Notes: a model not told the origin generated them from the letters alone. A DNA stretch of 64,000 nt from Octopus bimaculoides (GCF_001194135.2 NC_069003.1:8309237-8373236), one strand, 5' to 3'; positions 50,479-63,863 are shown, counted from the first letter of the stretch. A program made the numbers and translations.

Positions 50479-50674
50479 TAGGCAGCGAGCTGCTAGAATC
50501 GCGAGTACGCTGGACGAAATGCTTAGCGGTATTTCGCTGAGGTCGACTTTGCCTTTCATCCTTTCGAGATTGATAANNNNNNNNNNNNNNNNNNNNNNNN
50601 NNNNNNNNNNNNNNNNNNNNNNNNNNNNNNNNNNNNNNNNNNNNNNNNNNNNNNNNNNNNNNNNNNNNNNNNNN

Positions 50675-50733
<59 letters not shown>

Positions 50734-51175
50734 GACGGCGAGCTGGCAGAATCGTTAGTGTCCCGGAAAAATGCTTAGCAGCATTTCGTCTGCTAGTACG
50801 TTCCGGGTTCAAATTCCGCCGAGGTCGAATTTGTCATTCATCTTTCAGCGTCGATAAATTGAGTACCAGTCACGTACTGGAGTCGATGTGATTGACTCTC
50901 TCTCCCTCCCCTCAAATACCAGGCCTTGTGGCTTTAGTAGAAATGATCATTGTAATTATTACTAAGCCGGCGAGCTGGCAGAATCGTGAAGACACCGAGC
51001 AAAACGGTTTGTGGCATTTCGTTTCTCTTAGCATTCCGAGTTCAAATTCCATCGAGGTTGATATTGTCTTCCATCCATTCGGGATCGATAAAATAAGTAC
51101 CAGTTGATCACTAAGATCAATGTAATCGACCTACTTGCTCCTACGAAATTGCTGGCCTTGTGTCAAGATTTGAAA
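50479..51175 (+). mobile_element. Three head-to-tail family 1 SINEs separated by (TTA)n
   Basis: Heads at 50479 (internally deleted copy), 50731 and 50963, each preceded by TTA repeats. Confidence 0.9.
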
Positions 51176-51214
51176 CTATGATTCTTCTTCTTCTTCTTCT
51201 TTTTCTTCTTCTTC

Positions 51215-51275
51215 TTTCAATTCTGTTTCCATTTCTTGCCGAGTGTCTTCCCGACACCTAGGACAGAGAAACGTA
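51215..51275 (-). mobile_element. R4 subfamily C extreme 3' tip ending in (GAA)n
   Basis: Reverse complement gtttctctgtcctaggtgtcgggaagacactcggcaagaaatggaaacagaattgaaagaagaag matches 16197-16262. Confidence 0.8.
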
Positions 51276-51478
51276 CTGTATATATTGGTTGGCTATCAAA
51301 ATAAACACACCAGATTGTTCATTTGCAAAGTCATGTGATAGAAAAAAAGGGGAAGAGAGAAAAAAAAAACGAAAAAAATAAAATAAAAGAGTAAATAAAT
51401 AAATTAAAGGGGGAAAGCAGGAAAAAAATTCACTGAATCTATCTAGCCATCTATCTATATACCTACCTACCTACCTAC

Positions 51479-51514
<36 letters not shown>

Positions 51515-52179
51515 ATTTATTAATCTATCTACTTATCTCTCTCTCTCTACATCCCCCCGCCACACGTGTACATACTTACATATATACATACATACGCATA
51601 TACATATACATATATATATATATATATANNNNNNNNNNNNNNNNNNNNNNNNNNNNNNNNNNNNNNNNNNNNNNNNNNNNNNNNNNNNNNNNNNNNNNNN
51701 NNNNNNNNNNNNNNNNNNNNNNNNNNNNNNNNNNNNNNNNNNNNNNNNNNNNNNNNNNNNNNNNNNNNNNNNNNNNNNNNNNNNNNNNNNNNNNNNNNNN
51801 NNNNNNNNNNNNNNNNNNNNNNNNNNNNNNNNNNNNNNNNNNNNNNNNNNNNNNNNNNNNNNNNNNNNNNNNNNNNNNNNNNNNNNNNNNNNNNNNNNNN
51901 NNNNNNNNNNNNNNNNNNNNNNNNNNNNNNNNNNNNNNNNNNNNNNNNNNNNNNNNNNNNNNNNNNNNNNNNNNNNNNNNNNNNNNNNNNNNNNNNNNNN
52001 NNNNNNNNNNNNNNAATTTTCTTTATATGATTTTATTGCGATATTGATTTTTCTCCCCAATTCCATGCCTTTTCTATTGTTGTTGATCTAAATTGTCTTT
52101 TATTCTTGTTGTCGTTTTTTGTTGTTGTCGAAGTTTGTTTGAGGCTATTTTGGCTGTATTGTTGTTCTGTCGCTCATCA

Positions 52180-52224
52180 TCATGATGACCATCATGACCA
52201 TCATCATCATCATCATCATCATCG

Positions 52225-52256
<32 letters not shown>

Positions 52257-52706
52257 GTCATCACCACCACCATCATCATCATCATTATCATTATCAACCT
52301 CATCATTATTACTATAATTAATTCAGTTTTAATTTTATTATCATCATCATAATCATTATTGTTATCATTATTATTATTATTATTATCATTATTATTATTA
52401 TTATTATTATCATCACCATTATTATTATCATCATCATCATCATTACCATTGTTAATGTTAACATTATTCCCATCATTATCATCATCATCATCATCACCAT
52501 TGTTATAATTCTTATCCATATTATTACTAGTATGCTCATTAGTATTATTATTTTCATTATCACCATTATCATTCTCATCACCACGTTTATTATCCTCCTC
52601 ATCATTATTCCCCTAAATATTCTGATTCTCTCCTCCTCTCCCCTCCCCTCCCCCACCCCTCTTCTTTTCCTTCTTTCTCTTCTATTCTGGCTATTATTAT
52701 TATTAC

Positions 52707-52778
<72 letters not shown>

Positions 52779-53105
52779 TATTATTATTATTGTTATTGTT
52801 ATTCTTCTTCTTCTTCTTCTTCTTCTTATTATTATTATTATTATTATTGTCACCATGTTGCACAACGTTACTATCATCACCATTATTACTATCGTTGATA
52901 TTGTTTTCATGACCGTGATCATCATCACCATCGTCACCATCGTCATCATCAACAGCGTCATCGTCATCAATATTATTATTATTCGTACCAGTTGTACCAC
53001 GACCGTAGGCGAATAATTATTGTGGCATTAGCAGCAGTAGCAGCAGCAACGGTAGTAGTGTTGATGGTGATAGTAGAAGTAATTGTGGTGGTGGTGGTGG
53101 TGCTG

Positions 53106-53163
<58 letters not shown>

Positions 53164-53225
53164 AGTCTTCGTTGACATCGTAGTAATAGTAGTAGTAGCA
53201 GTTATAGCTGCAGTATTAGTGGTAT
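52180..53225. repeat. Long compound trinucleotide microsatellite (CAT, TAT, CTT, then GTA/GTG)
   Basis: Seen directly in the sequence. Confidence 0.95.
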
Positions 53226-54419
53226 TGATAATTCTAATATTATATTCATTGTTCTTCTCGACATTTGATCGGTAATCCCCGGAGATTACCGATCATGGCT
53301 CTGCAGTTGTCGGCTGCTCTTTGAAAAAGTTATAATTCATGATATAGCAATAATAACAACACTTCCGCCGTTTCGTTTCGTTTCGTTTTTCATTCAGACG
53401 TTCTTATCTACATAGAAAAACTACCACACACAGACACACACACACAGACACACANNNNNNNNNNACACACACGCACACACGCACACAAACACACACACAC
53501 AAACACACACACACACAAACACACACACACATACATATATGCATGTTCGTATACTTTATACATTCATGTCAATGTATATGCTTACGTGCATTGTGTGTGT
53601 ATTTGTGTAAGTGTATATATGTGTATATATGTACGAATGGGTGTTTGTGTTTCTGTGTGTGTGTGTTGGTGTTTGTGTGCGTTTTTACTTTTTTCTATAC
53701 ATGCACACACACTCATTATTTTCGTATTCCGCCATCTGGAATGAGATGCTTTGGTTTTCGTTGTCTCGCGATAAGGAAATCCAAATCTGACCGACATTTT
53801 AATGTGTGTTTTTACCGCCTACTCCAGTATTAAGGAAACTAGATAGAAATGATATCAAATTATATTTCTTAAAGAGAAATCGTTACAGAATGAGACTATT
53901 GAGCGTAGCTGTTTGGACGTTGGCGATTTGGCAAGGCTATTTTGAGACATTCAATCTGTTTTGGTAACACTTACTTTTGGCGTTGCAGGAAAATGCACAC
54001 TCACAGACACACGCACATACACAGACACACACATACAAGCACACTTATATACACAATGAGAAAAAGAGAGAGAAAGAGGGAGAGAGGGAGAGAGAGGCAT
54101 TATGCTTTATTAATTGAATGTGATTGAAATAAACGCTTCACCTTTCTTCATACACAAAAAGAGAAATGTGCTCATAGACATAGAGAAAGAGGAGCAGAAG
54201 GCAAAAGAGAAGCGGAGAGAAGAAACGAAAGACAGGGTGGGCAGGAAGAGGGAAAAGAAGGAGAGAGAGGTAAGGAGAGGGACATAGCAAATTATGAATA
54301 AAATCACTGCTCAGGTGCAATTATCGATTTTTTTGTCAATGCCATGTACTGATATCAACTCACTGCCATGAACCTCGCTCAGTCATCGATTTTCATCAAA
54401 ATCGGACAAAAAATAACAT

Positions 54420-54780
54420 CGTTCTGAGAATTTCCATTCAAACGCCCGATTGAGCTCCTAAAAATCGATGCCAAATGAACTCAAATATAATTTGCCGACC
54501 CATGAGAACGGACCTCCACAAACTATTCTGCCTATATATCTGTGCACACCTTTCAATGCCGTGTGTGTCATAGGGTCTGCAAGTCTAACGTAGGCCTCGA
54601 AAGATCCACAAAGATCAGAACTTAACCACAGCTCTTTGTCGTCCAAATCAGATATCCAATCTATGTAGGTGTGCTTTCAATACATTGTCTAGTTTAAAAA
54701 GGCACCTCAGACGCCATGATGGATCTACGATGCAAGTACAGGAGGTGGTCAGACGCTTCATAAGAAGACAACCACCATAT
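54420..54780 (+). pseudogene. Probable 3' end of an RTE-like LINE with two degenerate C2H2 fingers
   Basis: FQCRVCHRVCKSNVGL..(frameshift)KIHKD and SNLCRCAFNTLSSLKRHLRRH, then a short UTR and (TA)n. Confidence 0.5.
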
Positions 54781-55854
54781 ATATATATATANNNNNNNNN
54801 NNNNNNNNNNNNNNNNNNNNNNNNNNNNNNNNNNNNNNNNNNNNNNNNNNNNNNNNNNNNNNNNNNNNNNNNNNNNNNNNNNNNNNNNNNNNNNNNNNNN
54901 NNNNNNNNNNNNNNNNNNNNNNNNNNNNNNNNNNNNNNNNNNNNNNNNNNNNNNNNNNNNNNNNNNNNNNNNNNNNNNNNNNNNNNNNNNNNNNNNNNNN
55001 NNNNNNNNNNNNNNNNNNNNNNNNNNNNNNNNNNNNNNNNNNNNNNNNNNNNNNNNNNNNNNNNNNNNNNNNNNNNNNNNNNNNNNNNNNNNNNNNNNNN
55101 NNNNNNNNNNNNNNNNNNNNNNNNNNNNNNNNNNNNNNNNNNNNNNNNNNNNNNNNNNNNNNNNNNNNNNNNNNNNNNNNNNNNNNNNNNNNNNNNNNNN
55201 NNNNNNNNNNNNNNNNNNNNNNNNNNNNNNNNNNNNNNNNNNNNNNNNNNNNNNNNNNNNNNNNNNNNNNNNNNNNNNNNNNNNNNNNNNNNNNNNNNNN
55301 NNNNNNNNNNNNNNNNNNNNNNNNNNNNNNNNNNNNNNNNNNNNNNNNNNNNNNNNNNNNNNNNNNNNNNNNNNNNNNNNNNNNNNNNNNNNNNNNNNNN
55401 NNNNNNNNNNNNNNNNNNNNNNNNNNNNNNNNNNNNNNNNNNNNNNNNNNNNNNNNNNNNNNNNNNNNNNNNNNNNNNNNNNNNNNNNNNNNNNNNNNNN
55501 NNNNNNNNNNNNNNNNNNNNNNNNNNNNNNNNNNNNNNNNNNNNNNNNNNNNNNNNNNNNNNNNNNNNNNNNNNNNNNNNNNNNNNNNNNNNNNNNNNNN
55601 NNNNNNNNNNNNNNNNNNNNNNNNNNNNNNNNNNNNNNNNNNNNNNNNNNNNNNNNNNNNNNNNNNNNNNNNNNNNNNNNNNNNNNNNNNNNNNNNNNNN
55701 NNNNNNNNNNNNNNNNNNNNNNNNNNNNNNNNNNNNNNNNNNNNNNNNNNNNNNNNNNNNNNNNNNNNNNNNNNNNTATATATATATATATATATATAAT
55801 ATTATATTATATTATTATATCATCGAACGTCACACATCCATTTCCAAGTAAGGT

Positions 55855-55994
55855 CTTCTACAGCTGAGTGAACTGCAGCAACGTGAAATAAAGTGTCTTG
55901 CTCAAGAACGCAACACACAGCCCAGTCCAGGAATCAATCTGACTACTTCATGACTGTGAGCCCGACGCTCTAACCACTGAGCCATGCGCCTTCA
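55855..55994 (-). mobile_element. tRNA-derived SINE, head and central domain
   Basis: Reverse complement gaaggcgcatggctcagtggttagagcgtcgggctcac..gattcctggactgggc..ttcttgagcaagacactttatttcacgttgctgcagttcactcagctg. Confidence 0.85.
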
Positions 55995-56443
55995 GAAAAT
56001 ACCATATATAAATATGAATTTACTTAGTTCTCATCTCTGAGATGGCTGTGTAGTGGAAGAGTCCTAAAGCACAAACCACTCTCATAGTTCCAGATTCGAT
56101 CTGGAGTTGAGTGAAGACATGGTTAAAAAATTTTTTCAGTTAATATCAGGGAAGTTCGAATGAAGAAGACCGTTATACGTAAAATAATCAACTTCGCTTA
56201 CGAAATGTAAATATTATTGTCTATCTTGTAGTTTGTTTATGTAAGGTTAACTGATATAAAATATATCTGATAGGAAATGTATATGACGGTAAATATACAC
56301 ATAGTGTATATAGATATGTGTGTGTGTATGTGTGTGTGTATGTGTGTGTGCGTGTGTGTGTGTGTGTGTATGTGTGTCTGTGTGCGTGCCTGCGTTTGCG
56401 TGTGTCTCTGTGTGTTTGTATGTTGAAATACACATATGCTATC

Positions 56444-56480
<37 letters not shown>

Positions 56481-56538
56481 TACTTGCATATGTTTATATA
56501 TATAATGTATACTATATATGTATGTATCTATCTATCCA

Positions 56539-56574
<36 letters not shown>

Positions 56575-56680
56575 TATGTTTATATATATATATAATGTAT
56601 GCATACATAAGTATATATATAAATACAAACACACACACATACACACGCACACACACACACACACACACGCACACACACAA

Positions 56681-56727
<47 letters not shown>

Positions 56728-57201
56728 CGATGAAATATGAATATAGATTTTTTTCTAAAATCTTAGTTATTAGTTTTCATTAAAATGATAATGAGTTTGT
56801 TTTGATGTGGCATAACTGGCGGGAAGTATTGATAAAAATGTGCGAAGGCAATAAAACGTATTTTTGTAAATAAAACTCTTTTCTCTTGTGTTGTTCATAT
56901 GTAGACGATTACTCTACAACTCTATATTTTTCATAGATTTTTTAGGAGTGGGGGTGGGGGTGGTCAGCGAGAGGGGACTACGTATTTTGGCATCATATTG
57001 GGAAATGTATGGGGTGAGATGAGGGGGTATGAGTTAGGAGAGCCGAGGACTGCTTTGAAAATTGAGTATAAAAGCAACATTTTTATGAAAATACATAAAA
57101 TATATTGTTCAGGATTTTTAAGATTTTACAATTTCATTTAGTGATCTTGGTTGGAATTGTAAACACTCACACATACACACACACTCATATATGTGTGTAC
57201 G

Positions 57202-57268
<67 letters not shown>

Positions 57269-57571
57269 CGTGGCATTCCGTCGGTTACGACGTAGTGGGT
57301 TCCAGCTGATATGGTCAGCTGCTGTGAAATTAGGCATTCCACAGACACGTGTACCTTTAACGTAGTTCTCAAGGAGATTCAGCGTGACACAGAGTGTGAC
57401 AAGGCTGGCCCTTTGAAATACAGGTACTACTCATTTTTTTTTGCCAGCTGAGTGGACTGGAGCAATGTGAAATGAACTGTCTTGCTCAAGGACACAACGC
57501 GTCGCCGAGAACCGAACTCGCGGCCTTACTATCCGGAACCGAATACGTTAACCACTAAGCTTCGCTCCTCC
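57269..57571 (-). mobile_element. SINE family 3, near full length
   Basis: Reverse complement ggaggagcgaagcttagtggttaacg..gagttcggttctc..tgtgtccttgagcaagac..ccagtccactcagctggc..gtatttcaaagggccagccttgtcac..gtcgtaaccgacgg. Confidence 0.9.
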
Positions 57572-57618
57572 ACCAACAGTTAGGCAACAGCAATAACAAC
57601 AACAACATCGGTAATAAT

Positions 57619-57859
57619 CCTTTCTACTAAAGGCACGAGGGAGAAGGTTAGTCAATTACATCGACCCCATTTCGACGGGTGAAATGCTTAGCGATATTTC
57701 GTCTGTCTTTACGTTCTGAGTTTAAATTCCTCCGCAATCGACTTTGCCTCTCATCCTTTCGGGGTCAATAAATTAAGTACCAGTCACGTACTGGTTCGAT
57801 CTAATCGACTGCCCACCCCTGCCTCAAAAATTCCGGGCCTTGTGCCTAGAGTAGAAAAG
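57619..57859. mobile_element. Back-to-back family 1 SINE pieces: minus tail 57619-57668, plus body and tail 57673-57859
   Basis: cctttctactaaaggcac..tacatcgacccc, then gggtgaaatgcttagcg..gggccttgtgcctagagtagaaaag. Confidence 0.8.
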
Positions 57860-58487
57860 AATTTCCTACATCGTATCAGACCATATCTTCCAATTCACTC
57901 TCGAGCACATCCATCACCATTCCATACAGTGTCTCACAATCTCCCTAAATACATCGATCTTCTAATTAGCTTCACTAATTATTGTTTTCTACAAAGGTTT
58001 GTCTTGATTGATTTATGACACCCATCTACTATTTATTTTTAATCACGGACATTTTTCACGCTTCTTAATTAATTTTCCCATTTTTCATTGGCACTTTTAT
58101 CATTAGCAGCCATTGCTTGCTGCAAGTTGTCGTGGTTTCATTTTACTCGTCTTTCCGCAACTTCTCACGATAATCGTTGCTGCTTAGCATCTTCTTGTTG
58201 TTGGTGTTGTTGGTGGTGACGCTCATATTCTTGTTTTGGTGTTATTGTTGTTGTAGTTCCAGTTGTTTTCTCTTTGTGTGATACATTCTTTCCGTTGCCA
58301 GCATCAATATGGTCATTCGCAGTTGCTACTGCTACCACTGCCACCACCATTATCTCCTGAAGGGGAGATAAAAAGCATTAGAGAAAGGAAGAGAGAGGAA
58401 ACGAAGGGGTGAGGGAAAGAGAAAGAGAAATAGAAAGAGATAGAAATCGAACAATAAGAGATAGAAATAGAGCAATATTTGGAGGTA

Positions 58488-58754
58488 CTTTCGGGGTCGA
58501 TAAATTAAGTACCGGTTATGCACTGAGGTCGATGTAATCGACTTAATCCCTTCGTCTGTCATTGTTTGTCCCCTCTATGTTTAGCCCCTTGTGGGCAATA
58601 AAGATATAAGTAACGTTAGCATGCCGGGTGATATGCTTAGCGGTATTTCGTCTGTCTTTACGTTCTGAGTTCAAATTCCGCCCAGGTCACCTTTGCCTTT
58701 CATCCTTTCGGCGTCGATAAATTAAGTACCAGTTGCGCACTGGGGTTGATGTAA
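58488..58754 (+). mobile_element. Head-to-tail family 1 SINE dimer (alternative-tail unit plus head-less unit)
   Basis: ctttcggggtcgataaattaagtacc..tttagccccttgtgggcaataaagatataagt|aacgttagcatgccggg..ggggttgatgtaat. Confidence 0.85.
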
Positions 58755-58758
58755 TAAT

Positions 58759-59562
58759 AAAATCATAATAAAACGATGGCAAGAAAAGCCCCTTCATGGC
58801 AAACATTGGCTGAGAAACTTAGGACTCAAAGCAGAGACTTAGAGATTTTTAATTGCAGCACAAGATCAACGCTTTCCCACCAGAAATCACCAAAGAAACA
58901 TGTAATGAAATGAAATACAAGTAACTGCAGAATATGTGGAGATGGAGAATCATATTGTCTCTGACTGCCCAAACCTAGATAAGCAGAAATATATTCACAG
59001 ACGCGACAGAGTTGGGACCCTATATACACTGGAAGCTACGCCACACTATGGATTAACAACAGAAAAAGATGGTATTGGCACTGCGGAAATGTCACAGAAA
59101 ATTAGAAAGTAACCATACTTTGGGATATGCCAATACACACAGATAGAAAAATTAAGGCCAATAGGCCAGATATAGTTCTCAGAGATCCACAAGAGAAAAA
59201 ATGCTTTCTAATCGATGTATCAGTACTTATAGATGACGATGTTTCACTAAAAGAAACGGAGAAAGTTTCAAAGTACAAAGATCTAGAAATAGAGGTAACT
59301 CGAATGTGGAGCTTAAAAGCAGAAACAATTCCTATTATAGTGGGCGCATTAGGTATGACAAATACATAATCAAAACACCAGGACTCACAAGTATATACAA
59401 CATACAGAAAATAGTACTGCTAGGCACCGCACATATCCTACGTAAAACACTTTCAATACAATAAAAATAAGAGCATCACTACAAACCACAGCACATACCC
59501 AAGGTACACAGAGCTGCGCTCGGTAGTGCAGTGAAAGCACGTGATAAAAATAAAACTACTGA
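58759..59562 (+). mobile_element. 5'-truncated R4/Dong-like LINE, subfamily A
   Basis: KRWQEKPLHGK/HWLRNLGLKAET..IAAQDQ..CRICGDGE.HIVSDCP..YIHWKL..MPIHTDRKIKANRPDIVL..IDVS..KYKDLEIEVTRMW..LLGTAHILRKTLSIQ*, a UTR identical in layout to 4950-5049, then TAA. Confidence 0.92.
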
Positions 59563-59579
59563 ATAATAATAATAATTTT

Positions 59580-59814
59580 TACTTTTACTGTCATCTAAAG
59601 ATCCCGCTATCATCTTATAATCAAATTACTTCTCAAACAAACTTCTAATTATCTTATGTTTTGACAGACATTTTCTGGAATAACACTCTGTGCAAAAACA
59701 AAGATACGACACCCTAGTCATAACACCAACTTGAACAACTAGCTTGTTATCTCTTGAGGTCTCTGGGTGAAACTTGGAGTCAGCTTGTACAAATACAACT
59801 CAAAAGTCAAACAC

Positions 59815-59817
<3 letters not shown>
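59580..59817 (+). mobile_element. R4 subfamily B 3'UTR followed by long (TAA)n
   Basis: cttgttatctcttgaggtctctgggtgaaacttggag..cttgtacaaat..caaaagtcaaaca matches 15165-15240; (TAA)n runs to ~60080. Confidence 0.8.
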
Positions 59818-59893
<76 letters not shown>

Positions 59894-59964
59894 TAATTTA
59901 TTTTCACTGAGATGAAATACTCACAAGCAAGTTTAGTTGGGTCTCTTTAATAATAATAATAATA

Positions 59965-60027
<63 letters not shown>

Positions 60028-60324
60028 TAATAATAATAATAATGATAATAATAATAATAATAATAATAATACTAATAATGATGATTACAACGACAACAGC
60101 AACGACTGCATGAAATCAACAAAGGGGCCTTTGTGTTGGCAGTTTTCATCCTTTTTCTTCCATACTATCCATTTTATCTACTCTGGTAGTGATGGGTAAA
60201 CCTCTTTGTAGAAAATAACAACATTTATTAAATATGTGGTTGTATCATTAAAAAGTAAGTTCGTTGTGATTAACCATAATTGATGGCATTAATTACGGAG
60301 GAGCATTTTTGATGTATCTCAGTT

Positions 60325-60470
60325 TCTTTTACTTCTTTCAGTATTTAGTTTGCGGCCATGCTAGGGCACCGTGTTGAAGAATTTTTAGTCAAATGAATCG
60401 ATCCCAGTACTGATTTTTTTTAAAACGCCTGATATTTATTCTCTCGGTTCTTTTGCCGAACTGCTATGTA
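60325..60470 (-). mobile_element. Family 2 SINE tail fragment
   Basis: ttgcggccatgctagggcaccg..tcgatcccagtac..cttttgccgaactgcta matches 38397-38530. Confidence 0.65.
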
Positions 60471-62718
60471 TGTTAAACATATTTGTAAGTCAATAACGTG
60501 CTCAGCTGATTTAGCAGCGGGCTTTAAATCATCTGTTAAGGTCATCTCTACAGATATACAATAGAAATTAGAGCTACTATTGATTTTTGTCACGTCGTTG
60601 GATTTTTGTCACGTCTTGGATTTTTTTTCGAACCAAATACACATGAAGAAAGCTTTTTAAAAACAACAATTATCTCTGTGCAGTGACAACAGCTGTTTGT
60701 TGGTGAGGTTTCTTTACCATATCATACTATTACATAAATTATCTTATAAATAATTGCATAAATAAATAATATGATCCAGCAACTGTGCACCGGCACATCA
60801 TCAGTTGAGTGATGCATATATGCTGCATCATAAGTGATGCTCAGGACAATTGGCTGATAATCTAAGTTCCGAATTCCTTACCAACACATAGTACTAAATC
60901 CCATAAAGCACCGATACCTAAAAGAATAAAAAACAAACATGGACGTATAGAACAAGACAATCATACAAAAACTGCACTGGACAAGCAAAACACACACACA
61001 CACACAGATACACACAATCAGAAACTATAATTTTTGGTTATTTTCTCTAGTGTGTATTTAGCAAATCACATAGTTAAGATATTTACAGTTCTACCGTTAT
61101 CTTACAATATATTGATAAAACTGTCATTAGACAGATGTACTGATAACTTCCACTCGAGTCTGTTATTGCTCAAAATGTTTGATGTATATTTTTTCCCCTT
61201 CTTCTTCCTTCTGTTTCTTTTGTTGCCGTACATTTATTGTTAATTGCTATTTTATCAAAAAGAGATGATGATAAGGTAAAAAAAACAACAAAAAAAAACA
61301 ACAACACTATAATAGAAAAATATATAAAAGATTTTGTCTAATTGTTTTTCTATTATATAATTAATTTCATTTGGTCATTAACGTTAGTACACATAATGTT
61401 TTCTCGGCACAGGCGTTTTTTCGAAATCTCTTTTCATCAGTTGAAGTTATATGTACATATATAGATACATACATATGCACATATATATACATATATATAT
61501 GTATATATATATATATNNNNNNNNNNNNNNNNNNNNNNNNNNNNNNNNNNNNNNNNNNNNNNNNNNNNNNNNNNNNNNNNNNNNNNNNNNNNNNNNNNNN
61601 NNNNNNNNNNNNNNNNNNNNNNNNNNNNNNNNNNNNNNNNNNNNNNNNNNNNNNNNNNNNNNNNNNNNNNNNNNNNNNNNNNNNNNNNNNNNNNNNNNNN
61701 NNNNNNNNNNNNNNNNNNNNNNNNNNNNNNNNNNNNNNNNNNNNNNNNNNNNNNNNNNNNNNNNNNNNNNNNNNNNNNNNNNNNNNNNNNNNNNNNNNNN
61801 NNNNNNNNNNNNNNNNNNNNNNNNNNNNNNNNNNNNNNNNNNNNNNNNNNNNNNNNNNNNNNNNNNNNNNNNNNNNNNNNNNNNNNNNNNNNNNNNNNNN
61901 NNNNNNNNNNNNNNNNNNNNNNNNNNNNNNNNNNNNNNNNNNNNNNNNNNNNNNNNNNNNNNNNNNNNNNNNNNNNNNNNNNNNNNNNNNNNNNNNNNNN
62001 NNNNNNNNNNNNNNNNNNNNNNNNNNNNNNNNNNNNNNNNNNNNNNNNNNNNNNNNNNNNNNNNNNNNNNNNNNNNNNNNNNNNNNNNNNNNNNNNNNNN
62101 NNNNNNNNNNNNNNNNNNNNNNNNNNNNNNNNATATATATATATATATATACATATATATATGTATATATATATATATATGTGTGTGTGTGTATATATAT
62201 ATGCATATATATCATATATATACAGATACGTGTGTGTGTGTGTGTGTGTGTGTGTGTTCATATACAAGCATTTGCGTATACACAGAAAGAGGCAATTCTC
62301 ACTTGTAGTTCCCTTTCTTCACACAAACACATACCTGCATGGACACACATACACACACGCACAGACACATACACGCACATATGCACGCACACACGATCAT
62401 ACACACACAGACACCTACGTCCACATACGCTCACTTTCCCATACTTCTTGTAAATATTACATCGTTGCAAACACGTAAGTGAACTCCAGATACTTGATGA
62501 CTATCGTATGTAAATTTATTTATAAATGTACGTTTACACAGACACACATACACACATACACACACACAAGTACACACGCGCTCACCCATAAACGCTCATC
62601 TATATGAGGATGCTTATATGTTTATATGTATGTATGCGTGTCTGTTTTATTTGTTTACAACAGTAAGTTCATATGTAAGTACTTAAAAACAGTTTCCGAA
62701 ATTTGCAGTAGATGCCGA

Positions 62719-63288
62719 CAGTTTCATAAAAAATATTGTCTGACTTCTAGCAACACAGAGCACTGGTAACGTAAATATAAACATCTCGGTTTTGACAAGC
62801 TATCATTTCTTGGTGTCCTGCACATTTCAATTTTCGACTAGTTTCCTTGGAAGTGCAGCCACCTATATAACATTTGATGGGATATTGTAGCGTTAAACCG
62901 CCCAAACTGACGTGTCAAGCACTGTGAGAACCCATCCACCGATTTTGTTTGATTTCTATCAAAATGAGAAGGCTTAGATCGATGCAAAGCTGCGGTAACG
63001 ATACTTACCCAAGGTGCTACAGAGCAGGATCAAACCTGAGGATCCAAGCATGCGAGATAAGCTCTATAAGAAGCCAGCCAGTTTCATAAAGAAAATAGTC
63101 AAAATGCTAACAACACACAACACCGGTAACTCGGATATAAACGCCTCGTTTTTAGACAAACTATCTGTTTTTGTGTCTTTCAAGCTTCCGTTCGACTACT
63201 TTCCTTGGATTTACAAGAAGCTACGCACTGTTTTATAGGATATTTCAGCGTCAAACATTTCTAACCGACGCATCAAACACTGTGGAAC
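62719..63288 (+). repeat. Old ~210-bp direct repeat pair (62719-62931 and 63079-63288) separated by a minus-strand family 2 SINE fragment
   Basis: Shared blocks cagtttcataaa, caacac, ggtaac, atataaac, gacaa.ctatc, ttcgacta.tttccttgga, ggatatt, agcgt, tcaa.cactgtg. The spacer contains tacttacccaaggtgctacagagcaggatcaaacc (CORE-like, minus). Confidence 0.7.
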
Positions 63289-63848
63289 GAATTAAACTCG
63301 TACTGCGAAGTATCACTATATATTTCAGAACATATACCATTCAAGTATACACAGAGAAAAGCGGAATCGTTACTATAATACAGCAATAGGATAAAAATAT
63401 AAGACATATAAAAATATTTATATATATATAAAAAAAAGAAAGACCAGGAGAATAGGTAACTGGCTTTAAACAGATAACTACTGAAGTCAGTTTGTTGGAC
63501 TAAAAAATTCTTCAATGTGGTGCCCCAGTATGGCCGCATTAAAAACCACAGATGAATATAAAAGTTAACACTCTAGTATTGTGTTATCAGCTGAGATCCT
63601 GCAGGGGCACAGCTAATTAAAATTTTAAAAAAGTATAGCACAGGGTGGAGCTTGAACCCATGGTCTCTAATAATACACCGATTAGTGAATAGCATAACGA
63701 TTGTACCAGCAGGGCTAACCAAATTGCGTGCATTAAAATGTATAGCCTTAATTCTTATTATAATAGCTGTTTGTTTCACCAGAAAAGTATAATTTATAAC
63801 CAGCCACATATTGAAATGCATCCATTACATCTATTTTGCCGCTATATT

Positions 63849-63863
63849 GCGCCCTCTTCTGGC
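63849..63863 (-). promoter_or_regulatory. Candidate CTCF-binding motif
   Basis: The minus strand GCCAGAAGAGGGCGC closely matches the CCAnnAGRGGGCGC core. Sequence match only. Confidence 0.3.

Noticed and set aside
50479-51175. CRISPR-like or regularly spaced repeat array
   Set aside because: The repeats are ~200-bp SINE copies and microsatellites in eukaryotic DNA; no constant short repeat/spacer periodicity and no cas genes.
61400-61445. CTGATGA-aaagagatttc-GAAA on the minus strand
   Set aside because: Stem II register does not close and there is no NUH cleavage triplet in position.
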